64,000 nt of DNA from Candidatus Bathyarchaeota archaeon (GCA_963807605.1 CAWECG010000001.1:192001-256000); one strand, 5' to 3'; shown: positions 1 to 10,481, counted from the stretch's first letter. Made by a program: numbers and translations. Notes: generated from the letters alone by a model not told the origin.

Positions 1-588
1 CAGACGATAGAGGGAGAACGCCTCGATATTCTATGTGAACAGGGAGGTAGAGATGACCCATACCTAATCAGGCATCGGTACACCACTGTAACGCCGGAAC
101 TATACTTTAGGGTGATCAAGAAGAAGACCGCTGAACTAATCAAGGCTGCCTGCTTAGCAGGCGCCATTTCAGCTCGCGCAAGAAAACCCTACCAGCAAGC
201 AGTCTCAAAATATGGGGAGAAAGTCGGCCTCGCCTTCCAGGTCATCGATGATTTCCTAGACATATTCGGTCAAGAGACTGGGAAGCAGAAGGGTAAGGAC
301 ATTATTGAACATAAGCTTGACAACGCTGTCATAGTATACGCTCTATTAAAAATGAATCCTGAGCATCGCTCCAAACTCGTGAGTATGATACAAGCAAGAA
401 AGATGGATCAAGTCAAACTCAAACAAGTTTTAGGCCTTCTGGAATCCACCGGCACAAGGGCGAAGGTCCAGGAATTAGCGAAAGATCTTGTTGAGGATGC
501 TAAGAAGAGTCTGAAAGTGCTCCCAGAAACATCAGCCAGATATGCCCTTGCAGAATTGGCTGACTTTATCAGGTCCCGCCTCTACTAG
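1..588 (+). CDS. Polyprenyl synthetase / GGPP synthase, 5'-truncated by the window edge
   Basis: Frame open from base 1 (QTIEGERLDIL...); KT motif and second aspartate-rich motif GLAFQVIDDFLD..GK..GKD. Confidence 0.9.
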   Translation, partial: QTIEGERLDILCEQGGRDDPYLIRHRYTTVTPELYFRVIKKKTAELIKAACLAGAISARARKPYQQAVSKYGEKVGLAFQVIDDFLDIFGQETGKQKGKDIIEHKLDNAVIVYALLKMNPEHRSKLVSMIQARKMDQVKLKQVLGLLESTGTRAKVQELAKDLVEDAKKSLKVLPETSARYALAELADFIRSRLY

Positions 589-604
589 ATGAAACCTCAA
601 TTTG

Positions 605-985
605 TTAAAGAAGGCGAAGATGCCCGGTAACCTCGTCGATCAGTTTACTTGGTCCCGGACCTATACCGACGCATGTCAGCGTGTCAGGTCTAAGTTGTGT
701 GAGCCCCCTGTCACGAACGGTTGTTATTGGCAAACCGAGCCTTTTAGCTTTCATCTCTAATTCATGAATTTCATCTTCAGAATTCACTTTCAAAACCACC
801 TTACATTGGCCTTCATCAAGCCAATCTCTCCACCATGCGTTGTGCTTTTTCCTTGTAATCTCCGAAGCTGAAACGGACGCGTGACCCACCTGCGCAGAGA
901 CCTTACCCTTTCCCATCTTCAGGTCTTGCCTGACGACCACTGCTAGCTTATACTTGACATCCGGGTAATCTGGCACTTGGCTCAA
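605..985 (-). CDS. pth2: Peptidyl-tRNA hydrolase Pth2
   Basis: VVRQDLKMGKGKVSAQVGHA, KVVLKV, DRGLTQ, GIGPGP..IDEVTGHLRLL. Confidence 0.97.
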   Translation of the reverse strand: MSQVPDYPDVKYKLAVVVRQDLKMGKGKVSAQVGHASVSASEITRKKHNAWWRDWLDEGQCKVVLKVNSEDEIHELEMKAKRLGLPITTVRDRGLTQLRPDTLTCVGIGPGPSKLIDEVTGHLRLL

Positions 986-1017
986 CTCAGTTGTCTAACA
1001 ATAGTCTCTGCTCAGAC

Positions 1018-1737
1018 CTAGTCGAGGCCGAGCTCTGAGACATCTACTTTTCCCTCATTATCAATATCGATGATGTTGAGTGAATGGCCAAATCGTCCCC
1101 GTGTCCTTATACTAGAAGTGGTCCCTGCATTGACTAAGACGGTATTGTTAATTTGAAGTACTCTCCTCACATGTCTGTGGCCCATAAGCACTAGGTTCAC
1201 GTTATGTTTGAGGACTAGGTCAAGGATGTCTCCAGCGTCCTCTAGTACATTCATCTCGCGGCCTGAGTAGGGGACAGGCACCAAGTGATGATGGAAGACT
1301 ATGACCTTGACAACATCCTTCGTCAAAGCTCCGAGCTTATCTTCTAAGTAGTTTTGTCTTCTTCGGCCTAGTCGCCCTTCATCTCTATCTGGCTCCGGGC
1401 TATTCATGATGAAGATTCTGCATCTGCCCGTGTCAACGTCGTATTCCAGAGGACTGATCAGTTCGCGAAATAGAGACTGCCCATAGTTCCGTTCGTCGTG
1501 GTTACCGGGCGCAACGATTACTCTTGGACGGATGGACTTCATCTTCTCAATCGCTAGTTCATAGTCTGCTAGAACACCGTTGTCGGTGAGATCACCTGTG
1601 TGAACAACTATCTCAGGAGCTGGATCCAGATCATTGATTCTCTTAATTGCCCGATCGAATATGTTCTCCAGGAACTGGCCGTATCTTGAAATGTGAGTGT
1701 CAGATATCTGCACGATTCTATAAGCGATTACTTTCAA
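1018..1737 (-). CDS. Calcineurin-like metallophosphoesterase
   Basis: SDTH, TGDLTD, GNHD, HHH, GHRH motifs. Confidence 0.93.
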   Translation of the reverse strand: MKVIAYRIVQISDTHISRYGQFLENIFDRAIKRINDLDPAPEIVVHTGDLTDNGVLADYELAIEKMKSIRPRVIVAPGNHDERNYGQSLFRELISPLEYDVDTGRCRIFIMNSPEPDRDEGRLGRRRQNYLEDKLGALTKDVVKVIVFHHHLVPVPYSGREMNVLEDAGDILDLVLKHNVNLVLMGHRHVRRVLQINNTVLVNAGTTSSIRTRGRFGHSLNIIDIDNEGKVDVSELGLD

Positions 1738-2028
1738 ACTGCTTCCCTAGATCCGGTCTGTGTGCAAATTTGCTTTTTGCAGCCAATTTTTTGGTCTGCG
1801 GGACCGGAAGACGCATCTACTGTTCATTGTTCGCCAGTTCTTCCTCAGGCTTAAGCTTTAACATCTTCTGCGGCTTCCATTGATTGAAGAGTAATTGGAG
1901 CTCGCGCATGTTTTTCTCCAATGACACTATTTAATTGCATTACGGGTGAAAAGTGGTAAATCGAACTTCCTTCTGGAACATTTGTATGAGGATATTCTAC
2001 GCTTGAGATCACGAGGCTGCTATCTGTA

Positions 2029-2490
2029 ATGAGATTGGTTGAATCACCTGGGAAAGTCATCTCTATTGAGTTAAATACGATTGCTCATGCGACAGAGAGT
2101 CTCGATAAGGTAGAGACAGCCATTCTAAACGTCCTGCCAACTCAAGTGCATGACTCAACGTCATTCTGCAGACGTTACCTGAAAGGTCATCATGGAAACC
2201 CAATAGTCACATTGACCATGAGATTGGCGAAGGGGAAGGCGGCTAGGATGTCTGTTGAGCACTTATTCAGAATGCTTAGTCCCACCGAGAAGCATGAACT
2301 AGACTTAGAGTTTGAGAGATATCTAGACGAAGAAGACAATTTCTACATAAGGCTGGACAAACAGGAAGCGTTCAAAGGTAAGATCAAGCTGGCGCGGGAA
2401 GAGCCTATTAGAATCAAGATAAAAACAAAAATGTGGCAACCTACTCCAGAAGGAGCAAAAGAGATTCTTAGAAATCTGGGCATGGCCTAA
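2029..2490 (+). CDS. Exosome-superoperon RNA-binding protein (DUF54-like)
   Basis: HATES..KV, GHHGNPI, FYIRLDKQ motifs; conserved position upstream of rnp3. Confidence 0.88.
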   Translation: MRLVESPGKVISIELNTIAHATESLDKVETAILNVLPTQVHDSTSFCRRYLKGHHGNPIVTLTMRLAKGKAARMSVEHLFRMLSPTEKHELDLEFERYLDEEDNFYIRLDKQEAFKGKIKLAREEPIRIKIKTKMWQPTPEGAKEILRNLGMA

Positions 2491-3170
2491 TGAGAAAATT
2501 CGCCGACATCAACGTGAAAGCCCCTATTGGAAAGTACGATCTTCAAGATAGAATGGCAACTCTAGCTTGCGAGATCGGTCTGTCAATGGTCTGTCTGCGT
2601 TTTACTTCGAAGACCCCTTCGATCGAAGTAGAGTCATCTACGAAGATATTTCGCAATGCGGGTCTGGAGGTTGCGGTTGGAATCGACCTCTCGCCAAACT
2701 CTCGTAAGCAACTTCTTAATCAACTTAGGACTTTTCGCCGTGGTTTTGACATCGTCGCAGTTAAGTCCGCGGACACAAGGACGATGGCTGTGGCTACACA
2801 CGATAGTCGCGTTGATTTAATATCACTAGAACTCCAAAGATCCTTTCGCACCAAACTATCCCTTCTGAAGGCCAGCAAGTCGAACCTCGAACTTGAGCTG
2901 GCAAGAATCATACAGCCTGGATGCTCCGTCACCTATGAATCGTTGAAGCCCCTATGCGGAGAAATTGAGTTAGCACGGAGATGCCGGTCTGACGTTGTTA
3001 TTTCAAGTGGGGCGACTAACCCGCTTACTTTGCGCGCTCCAAGGGATATGATCTCTCTGACATCGTCTTTGGGGGCAAAGAATCAGTTCTCGCTAAAATC
3101 TGTTTCCGATATCCCCTTTGAAACCGTCAGGAAGAATCTGGCTATGCACTCCAGAGAGGTCGTAGAATAA
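2490..3170 (+). CDS. rnp3: RNase P protein subunit Rpp30
   Basis: RVDLIS, VISSGA...LRAPRD motifs; gene order. Confidence 0.88.
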   Translation: MRKFADINVKAPIGKYDLQDRMATLACEIGLSMVCLRFTSKTPSIEVESSTKIFRNAGLEVAVGIDLSPNSRKQLLNQLRTFRRGFDIVAVKSADTRTMAVATHDSRVDLISLELQRSFRTKLSLLKASKSNLELELARIIQPGCSVTYESLKPLCGEIELARRCRSDVVISSGATNPLTLRAPRDMISLTSSLGAKNQFSLKSVSDIPFETVRKNLAMHSREVVE

Positions 3171-3497
3171 ATGGGGAAGGAACGTCGAAGATATCTGCTC
3201 GTGAGAGTGCTGAGCAACGAGAAAGTCTCTGAGAAGGACCTCACGTCAGCCCTTACCATGGTGGCCCAGAATCTCTTTGGCTCGGTCGGCCTTTTGCAGA
3301 TATCACCGAGGATTGTCAAATATGACTCCCTTCGTAGCGAGGCCATTCTAAGATGTAGAGCAGAATCGGTGGAAAGGCTCAGGTCAGTTGTTGCGATGTT
3401 GACTCAGGTTGCCGGTCACCAGGCTGCTGCTTTTGTCATCCATTCGTCAGGAACTATTCGCGCTCTCCGAAGACTGCACGCCGCTGAAGATCTGTAG
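3171..3497 (+). CDS. rnp2: RNase P protein subunit Pop5/Rpp14
   Basis: RRRYL, LFGSVG, ILRC, SGTIRAL motifs. Confidence 0.92.
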   Translation: MGKERRRYLLVRVLSNEKVSEKDLTSALTMVAQNLFGSVGLLQISPRIVKYDSLRSEAILRCRAESVERLRSVVAMLTQVAGHQAAAFVIHSSGTIRALRRLHAAEDL

Positions 3498-3542
3498 AAC
3501 TATATTTGAGCAGTTTAGTGGAGATGTGCTCCAACTCTCTGC

Positions 3543-4115
3543 CTATTCCCACCGGACGACAGGTTTCCTGACAACGCCGTAAATCAGGCTGATGACTCCT
3601 AAGACTGCAATTGGATATCCTATTTGAGTGAGAATTCTCTCCTGTCGGGCCTCTGGAACCATACTCTCGGAGGTGTATCTTGCTGATATCGTGACTTCCT
3701 TCTTGTATGTTGGATCAAGACTGTTGTCGAACAGAATGTAGAATGTTCCGTTCTCAAGTGAAATGAATGTCTCGTTGAATTCGTCGACCTTTTGACGTTG
3801 CAAGACATAACTGACGTTCTTTTGTCCATTCTTCCAACTCTGGTACGTTTTGTCATTCATGACGTAGAGGTCTATTTGGCCACTCTTGTTGGAATCCGGA
3901 ACCTGTACTTTACCGTCAAGGTTTACAATCCAGTTTTGCTGGAGGTAAACATCCTTCACTGCGAAGTCTCCAATAGGAGATAGCTTCACCTTATCAAAGA
4001 GAAGGTGATTCTCGATCTTAGGTACATCTACTACGTAGGAGTAAGCTCCGAAGTTAATCATCAACAAGCCTACAGCCAGCAACGCGATTCCCGCAAAAGT
4101 TGGCGCAGCTCTCAT
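3543..4115 (-). CDS. Membrane protein with two TM helices flanking an emp24/GOLD-like beta domain
   Basis: N- and C-terminal hydrophobic helices; IDLYVMN...NGTFYILFDNS resembles GOLD-domain strands. Confidence 0.6.
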   Translation of the reverse strand: MRAAPTFAGIALLAVGLLMINFGAYSYVVDVPKIENHLLFDKVKLSPIGDFAVKDVYLQQNWIVNLDGKVQVPDSNKSGQIDLYVMNDKTYQSWKNGQKNVSYVLQRQKVDEFNETFISLENGTFYILFDNSLDPTYKKEVTISARYTSESMVPEARQERILTQIGYPIAVLGVISLIYGVVRKPVVRWE

Positions 4116-4598
4116 TCAAATGTTCACCATTCCAGCTTACGCTTCCAATCTGAAAGTTGCAGGCGAGGAAAATCACAATTCATTTTGCATGCCTCATGGC
4201 GTCCTCGTTAAGATTCATCTCTCAGCAAGTCTGGGGTCATCATGGTTTGTCTTCTTGTTGTGACATCTAATTTGCGTTCTTGCTGCATTTAACATCTCCC
4301 CTGAGCGAAACAACCAAATGTGTGCCTAGGTTCATTATCGGAAGGAAACACCACCCGTGTGTTTGAAGATAGATTGGCCAGTCAGAAAAATCGATAAGCT
4401 ACGAGCTTAGACATGGCAATGGATTCGTCGAAAAGGATCCCTCATGATCATCGACAAGCAATACTTGGTAGAAAGATCTCTGGAGCCAGTTTAGTGTTAC
4501 CGACTCAAGCTCAAGGTCGGCGATATTCCTTTTTACAAAAGGTTTTTACTGGGGCATAATGTATTTCGATAGAAAGATTTCTTGACTAGGTGAACAGT

Positions 4599-5345
4599 TT
4601 GTCGATGTTTGCAGCCCCAGGAGCGTACGATCGTGCGATAACAGTCTTCTCGCCAGACGGTAGACTTTTCCAAGTTGAGTACGCGTCGGAGACAGTGAAG
4701 AGGGGCGCGACGGTTCTTGGAATAGCTTGCAAAGAAGGTGTGGTCTTGGCAGCTGAAGAAAGAGCCGCGTCCAGACTGCAAGATCTCTCCTTCATGTGGA
4801 AAATCTTCCAGATCGATGAACATATTGGCGTGGCAGTCGCCGGTCTCAGCTGTGACGCACACACACTCGTGGACCAAGCGAGAGTTTATGCTCAAAGCAA
4901 CAGACTCATGTACGATGAACCCATCGACGTTGAGATGCTGACTCGAAGAATCGGAGAGATAGAGCAACTCTATACTCAACATGGCGGAGTACGACCATTC
5001 GGTCTGTCGATGATTTTTGCAGGCGTCGACAGGAAAGGTAGCAGAGTCTTCTGGACGGACCCAAGCGGAGCATACCTGGCCTACAAAGCATGGTCAATAG
5101 GCGCTGGAGGCGATGTTGCGAACGAAGTTCTTGAGGCAGATTACAGTGACGACCTTACACTCGAAGATTCAATCATCCTAGCGCTCAAGTGCATGGCAAA
5201 AGTGCTAGAGGGAAAGGCGGTTCCACAAAAGGTGAGGATGGCAGTAATACCGGCGGACACTAAGAAGTTCAGAAAACTCTCGATCGATGAGATTGACAAA
5301 TATCTCAAGAAACTCGAGCCAACGAGAAAGGCTCCTCAGAAATGA
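4599..5345 (+). CDS. psmA: Proteasome alpha subunit
   Basis: [30 protein letters not shown]; SD AGGTGA favours TTG 4599 over GTG 4590. Confidence 0.98.
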   Translation: MSMFAAPGAYDRAITVFSPDGRLFQVEYASETVKRGATVLGIACKEGVVLAAEERAASRLQDLSFMWKIFQIDEHIGVAVAGLSCDAHTLVDQARVYAQSNRLMYDEPIDVEMLTRRIGEIEQLYTQHGGVRPFGLSMIFAGVDRKGSRVFWTDPSGAYLAYKAWSIGAGGDVANEVLEADYSDDLTLEDSIILALKCMAKVLEGKAVPQKVRMAVIPADTKKFRKLSIDEIDKYLKKLEPTRKAPQK

Positions 5346-6031
5346 GTAGCAAGTATACAACTGCAAGAGTAGCTGTCGAAGGCGAACATTTTGAGATACT
5401 TGTAAAACCAGATCTTGCCCTTGACTTCAAGATGGGTAAGGCTGTTCCTGTCACACAGATAATTGCAATAGAGGAAATATTTTCAGATGCGAGCAAGGGG
5501 ACCAGAGCCTCTGCTGAGAAGCTCCAGAAGACTTTCGGGACTACAGAGCCGGTCAAGATAGCCGAAGAGATCATGAGGCGTGGAGAGCTACAGTTAACAA
5601 CAGAACAGAGACGACAACTGGTAGAAGACAAGAAGAAGAGCATAATTGGGTTTATCTCGAAGAATTGTATCGACCCTCGAACAGGAGCACCTCACCCGCC
5701 TTTAAGGATCGAGCAAGCTCTCTCACAGATCAGAGTTTCAATCGATCCCTTCAAGAGTCCAGAGGAACAATCAAAGGAAATTATCGATAAGCTGAGGCCG
5801 CTCTTGCCGATCAAGATGGAGCAGATGCAGCTCACAGTCAACATACGGGCAGAATTCGCCGCAAGGGCTTATGGCGCATTAAAGAGCTTCGGAGTGATAC
5901 GCAGAGAGGAGTGGCAGTCGAACGGCTCCTGGGTGGGTACAATGGAGATGCCCGCTGGAGTATACGGCCCATTTATAGAGAAGCTTGGGAAACTGACACA
6001 AGGAACAATCCAGACAAAAGTGATCAGATAG
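5342..6031 (+). CDS. Ribosome assembly factor SBDS/Sdo1
   Basis: [40 protein letters not shown]. Confidence 0.97.
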   Translation: MSSKYTTARVAVEGEHFEILVKPDLALDFKMGKAVPVTQIIAIEEIFSDASKGTRASAEKLQKTFGTTEPVKIAEEIMRRGELQLTTEQRRQLVEDKKKSIIGFISKNCIDPRTGAPHPPLRIEQALSQIRVSIDPFKSPEEQSKEIIDKLRPLLPIKMEQMQLTVNIRAEFAARAYGALKSFGVIRREEWQSNGSWVGTMEMPAGVYGPFIEKLGKLTQGTIQTKVIR

Positions 6032-6043
6032 AGATTCAGCTCG

Positions 6044-6163
6044 TTAATCTGTATCTTCTTTAAGCATCTTCTCTAGCCTTGCGACATCGTTCCTGAGTCT
6101 TTCAAGCTCCTTCAATATGTTCTCCACGACTTCCACCAAGTTCTTCTCCTTACCCTTCTCCAA
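6044..6163 (-). CDS. Putative 39-aa coiled-coil microprotein (not in the ORF track)
   Basis: TTG...TAA, MEKGKEKNLVEVVENILKELERLRNDVARLEKMLKEDTD; heptad hydrophobic pattern; AT-rich stretch upstream. Confidence 0.55.
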   Translation of the reverse strand: MEKGKEKNLVEVVENILKELERLRNDVARLEKMLKEDTD

Positions 6164-6581
6164 GTCTGATCGACCGATCCGAGTCTTCTCTACATCACAC
6201 ATATATTATTGAGGTTCACATGTCAAATATCTTGCTCCATAGACAATCTGCGCGCAGTCATTTGTGATCTCGCAAATGGAAGCTCAGCATGGGATTCGGC
6301 TGAACTCAAAAGATGGTCAAGAATGGCGCGACAAGAAACGAATAAAGCGATGCTTAACCTTCAAGATCGAGGCAAATCACAGAAAGACTTAGTAAGGTCA
6401 GTCAATGAACTAACGTGAACTTACTCAAAAGCAGAAGTGTGAAATGGCTTCACAGCAGGAGGACCACATTCCAACCTAGTCCAATAAGATTGGACAAGAG
6501 AACAGGTGAGTCCCCCCTTGGCATGCTTTGAATAGTCGATGATAAAGTAATAAAATTAGAAGGTCTTAAAGAGACACGGGA

Positions 6582-7304
6582 GTGTCAACCTTGACGATGT
6601 ATGTTGAAAAGAGGCAGGTCGTTACACCCGGCGAGTTGCTTGCTCAGGGCGACTACTATCCAGATCTTAACACGTTCAGAAATGGCGAACTCATCTACTC
6701 AACGGTGATGGGAATCTTCGACTTCAGAGGCAGTCGCCTCTCAGTCGTCCCGCTTAAGCACTGCTACATCCCATTCGTCGGTGATCTCGTTATAGGAAAG
6801 ATAGTAGACATCGGCATGTCTGGTTGGTCTGTCGACATAAATTCGCCTTACCCGGCGCTTCTGCCGGCAACGGAGACTGCGAGCAGAGAACGCGGGCCGA
6901 GGAGGGAGAGTCAAGGACTATTCGTCATCGGAGACCTTGTAAAAGCAAAGGTACTCGCATTCGACAGAACTAGAGATCCGCTACTTACCTTACGGGATCG
7001 AGGACTTGGGAAAGTGACCCAAGGAAGAATGATAAAAATCTCACCATCTACGATCCCGCGTCTAATAGGTAAGGAAGGCTCGATGATTAACATGCTGAAG
7101 AAAGAGACCGCATGCTCCATAGCAGTGGGTCATAACGGAATTGTGCTCATCTCATGTGAATCTCCAGAAAACGAGGAAGTTGCAGTCAAAATCATCAGAA
7201 TGATCGAACGTGAAGCTCACACACAAGGGTTGACAGATAGAGTATTCGAACTAATCAAAAAAGAGCTTAAAGGTGAAAAAGTTGTCAAAAGAGAAGATAC
7301 CTGA
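6582..7304 (+). CDS. rrp4: Exosome RNA-binding subunit Rrp4
   Basis: [19 protein letters not shown] (S1), [11 protein letters not shown] (KH). Confidence 0.97.
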   Translation: MSTLTMYVEKRQVVTPGELLAQGDYYPDLNTFRNGELIYSTVMGIFDFRGSRLSVVPLKHCYIPFVGDLVIGKIVDIGMSGWSVDINSPYPALLPATETASRERGPRRESQGLFVIGDLVKAKVLAFDRTRDPLLTLRDRGLGKVTQGRMIKISPSTIPRLIGKEGSMINMLKKETACSIAVGHNGIVLISCESPENEEVAVKIIRMIEREAHTQGLTDRVFELIKKELKGEKVVKREDT

Positions 7305-8049
7305 AAGACTAATCAACGATAATGGTATCAGGCTTGATGGAAGGAGACCTGAAGAGCTTAGGCCGACCAAACTCCAAGTGGGAATACTTGAGAATGCGGA
7401 CGGATCAGCCTACATTGAACAAGGGAAGAACAAGATCATGGTCGGAGTCTACGGGCCTCGAGAAATTCATCCCAAACACCTGGTTCTGGCGGACCGAGCT
7501 GCCATCAGATGCAGATATCGCATGGCACCATTCTCAACCGATGAGAGAAAGAGCCCTGCCCCATCAAGACGAGAGATTGAGATCTCCAAGGTAATCAGAG
7601 AGGCCTTGGAACCATCAGTGATGTCCGAATACTACCCCCGAACAGTCATCGACGTATTCATAGAAGCACTTCAATGCGACGGCGGGACAAGGTGCGCTGG
7701 AATAGTAGCAGCATCCCTAGCCCTAGCCGACGCTGGCATCTCTATGAAAGAGCTCGTCTCAGCCTGCTCAGCAGGCAAAATCGACGGACAGATCGTCCTC
7801 GACCTCTTCGACACCGAAGATAAGTATGGCCAAGCAGACCTGCCAGTCGCGATGATGCCAAACCTCAACGCGGTAACCTTGATACAGATGGACGGCAACC
7901 TCAGCAGGCAAGAGTTCGAGAAAGCCTTAGAGATGGCGATGGAAGGGTGCAGACAGATAAGAAACCTCCAAGCCGAGGCGCTCAAGAAGAGATACCGAAC
8001 CATGCTTGAGGTAGAAAAACCCCAAGAGGTAAGCGAGGGAGCTAAATAA
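7273..8049 (+). CDS. rrp41: Exosome catalytic subunit Rrp41 (likely start TTG 7282)
   Basis: [38 protein letters not shown]. Confidence 0.98.
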   Translation: MKKLSKEKIPERLINDNGIRLDGRRPEELRPTKLQVGILENADGSAYIEQGKNKIMVGVYGPREIHPKHLVLADRAAIRCRYRMAPFSTDERKSPAPSRREIEISKVIREALEPSVMSEYYPRTVIDVFIEALQCDGGTRCAGIVAASLALADAGISMKELVSACSAGKIDGQIVLDLFDTEDKYGQADLPVAMMPNLNAVTLIQMDGNLSRQEFEKALEMAMEGCRQIRNLQAEALKKRYRTMLEVEKPQEVSEGAK

Positions 8050-8864
8050 TGTCAACAACCCCTCAAGGCCCATTCGCGGCGAAGCTTGAACGAAACTCGA
8101 TACTTGAGCTTGCATCAAGGAATCGCCGGCTCGACGGCAGAGGCTTGACGGACTATAGAGAGATGAAGATCGAGACAGGCGTGGTAGAGAAGGCAAGCGG
8201 ATCAGCACAGGTCACGCTTGGCAAGACAAAGATTCTCGCCGGAATAAAACTAGAAGCTGGAACACCCTTCCCAGACACGCCGAATGAAGGAGTACTCACA
8301 GTAAATGCCGAGCTTACGCCCCTAGCCTTCCCAACCTTCGAGCTCGGTCCTCCTGGGGAAAATGCAATCGAGCTTGCAAGGGTCGTCGACAGAAACCTCA
8401 GAGAATCCAAGACCATAGACGTTGCAAAGCTATGCATAGAACCGGGCAAGCAAGTCTTCGTAGCGTTTGTGGATATTGACGTGCTCGACCACGACGGAAA
8501 CCTCATCGACGCGTCAACATATGCCGCGCTTGCAGCCCTCATGACAAGTAAAATGCACAAATACGAGGTCAAGGATGGAAAGATCGTTTACCAAGAAGGC
8601 TTCCAGCCTCTTCCATTGAACAACTATCCCGTACCAGTAACCTTTGCAAAGATCGGAAAGACCTTGATGGTAGATCCCTGCCTGGCAGAAGAAGATGCTA
8701 TGAGCACCAGACTAACGGTGGGAATCGAAAAGGATGATGCCGTATGCGCGATGCAAAAGGGGGGGATGGGTGAGCTGGACTCCAACGAAGTTAAAGCCGC
8801 GGTAGACTTGGCGATTAACAAATCAAGAATTATTCGAACACTCATCATGGAGACTGCGAAGTAG
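8049..8864 (+). CDS. rrp42: Exosome subunit Rrp42
   Basis: RLDGRGL.DYR, PFPDTPNEG, ELARVVDR, DHDGNLIDA. Confidence 0.98.
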   Translation: MSTTPQGPFAAKLERNSILELASRNRRLDGRGLTDYREMKIETGVVEKASGSAQVTLGKTKILAGIKLEAGTPFPDTPNEGVLTVNAELTPLAFPTFELGPPGENAIELARVVDRNLRESKTIDVAKLCIEPGKQVFVAFVDIDVLDHDGNLIDASTYAALAALMTSKMHKYEVKDGKIVYQEGFQPLPLNNYPVPVTFAKIGKTLMVDPCLAEEDAMSTRLTVGIEKDDAVCAMQKGGMGELDSNEVKAAVDLAINKSRIIRTLIMETAK

Positions 8865-8865
8865 A

Positions 8866-9258
8866 ATGCCAAGGATGAGTAAGACTCGGCTTGGAGGAGG
8901 TCTCGCCACACGATACGGAACTGCGCCCAGAAGACGGTACATCGACGTTCTTACCAGGATGCGACGGTTCCACGAATGTCCAAGATGCCGAGTCAGGGCA
9001 GCCAAGCGAGTAAGCGTCGGACTCTGGCAATGCAGAAAGTGCGGATATCAATTCACTGGAGGCGCTTACGTTCCTTTCACAAAAACCGGAGAGACAGCCA
9101 AGAGGTCTGCCACAGCAATCACCTACTCGCCCACCATCGCTGAGACTTCTGCCGCTTCCACTGTCCCCGGAACTCCTCTCCCTAAGTCTCGAAACTCCAA
9201 AAGAAAGCCTCGCAGAAAGAAACCCTCAGAGGAGACTTCAAAGGAAGAGACTAAGTGA
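8866..9258 (+). CDS. rpl37ae: 50S ribosomal protein L37Ae (eL43) with a long C-terminal tail
   Basis: RYG, CPRC...GLWQCRKC..FTGGAY zinc ribbon. Confidence 0.95.
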   Translation: MPRMSKTRLGGGLATRYGTAPRRRYIDVLTRMRRFHECPRCRVRAAKRVSVGLWQCRKCGYQFTGGAYVPFTKTGETAKRSATAITYSPTIAETSAASTVPGTPLPKSRNSKRKPRRKKPSEETSKEETK

Positions 9259-9773
9259 TACTTGTAACTACTGGAAGAAATCCCACTCAGAGCACCAGAA
9301 GATTATGCAAGGAACTTACCAGATTTATGCCCAACACGCGTAGACTGGTAAGGGGTAAGCTAGGCCTACGCCAACTTCCAGATGAACTTGCCTCGGCTGA
9401 ATCTGATCGGATGATCATCGTATACAGGGGATTCGGTGGACCAAGTCAGCTGGGACTAGTCAGACTTGACGGCAGTCAGCTGAAGAAGATCCCTCCAACA
9501 ATAATGTTGCAGAGTATGAAACTCGAGCCAACCAGAAAACGGCACTCAAGCAAGGTAGAATGCATAACCGCGGACTCAAAGGATGCCCTACATCTGGCTG
9601 AGGTTTTCTCAGAATTCCTAGAGCTGCCTTTGGCTGATTACAAAACCTCCGATTTCAAACACTCACTGCATATATCAAGTGATGCAAGAAGAGTTTTGAC
9701 GATCGCTCCTATTCATCTGCAGACAGGGCATATGGAAGGATTCAGTCTAATCGCCAAGAAACTGCAATGGTGA
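9255..9773 (+). CDS. Brix/Imp4-domain ribosome biogenesis protein
   Basis: MILVTTGRNPTQSTRRLCKEL...RGK N-terminus; conserved position. Confidence 0.85.
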   Translation: MILVTTGRNPTQSTRRLCKELTRFMPNTRRLVRGKLGLRQLPDELASAESDRMIIVYRGFGGPSQLGLVRLDGSQLKKIPPTIMLQSMKLEPTRKRHSSKVECITADSKDALHLAEVFSEFLELPLADYKTSDFKHSLHISSDARRVLTIAPIHLQTGHMEGFSLIAKKLQW

Positions 9774-9779
9774 GGTTCC

Positions 9780-10040
9780 TTAGGGCACAAGCGCAAAGCT
9801 GTAGAGGCTGAAGTTGCGGTGCCATTCCGCTCACTCTCCAGTCTCAAAGCAATAAAGACAGCGATGGTAGTGGATGAGAAGAATTGGCCAACACAAAAAG
9901 CAGCTACAAGAATCATGACCCGGAAGAAGACATTAACACTTAATGTCCAAACAGACAATATCTCTTTCTTAAGGGCCGTACTCAACACCAATCTCAGACT
10001 GTTGCTAACTTGGAGAAGAATTGTCGACGCTCTTGGATAA
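9780..10040 (+). CDS. pcc1: KEOPS complex subunit Pcc1 (start uncertain; first canonical start is GTG 9819)
   Basis: D.SFLRAVLNT.LRLL motif; lies between Brix and pfdB. Confidence 0.8.
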   Translation, partial: LGHKRKAVEAEVAVPFRSLSSLKAIKTAMVVDEKNWPTQKAATRIMTRKKTLTLNVQTDNISFLRAVLNTNLRLLLTWRRIVDALG

Positions 10041-10442
10041 GATTTCGAGAACCACGATTTCTTGAACAAGTAAGATCATCTTTGTAGAAAATCATCGATA
10101 GTTGTAGTAAGATCTTGACGTCTTCACCTAAGTCGTAACTTTGTTATACTGGCAAAGAGATCATAGCATTTCACAAGTGGGAAGTAGATGCTTGATTTCA
10201 ATAAGCCCAAGTCGTGTTAAGTCCCTCCAGAGAATCTAGGTCTCTGATGCCATCTGCTTCCATTTGCAAATGGTATAGTTGTAACCGTCTTACACGTAGC
10301 GGAATAGTTCAGGGTTAGATCACAAAACTCACATGACATTGCCTTTGTTTTCGTCTCAACGAACGTTCTATATATGACATACACACTCCAATTAGATTTG
10401 TCCTCTCAAACAGGACTCGCAGTCAGACCGGAGGTGACTGTT

Positions 10443-10481
10443 TTGCCTAAGGCCAAGAAGAAGGCTAAGAAGAAAAAGTAA
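10443..10481 (+). CDS. Putative 12-aa lysine-rich micropeptide MPKAKKKAKKKK
   Basis: SD GGAGGTGA at 10430-10437, 5-nt spacer, TTG start, TAA stop; TATA-like CTATATAT near 10368. Confidence 0.6.
   Translation: MPKAKKKAKKKK

Noticed and set aside
4340-4530. RNase P RNA (AAGGAAACACCACCC resembles conserved region I, close to the rnp genes)
   Set aside because: No matching P4 partner or terminal conserved region, and no GC-rich P1/P2 helices
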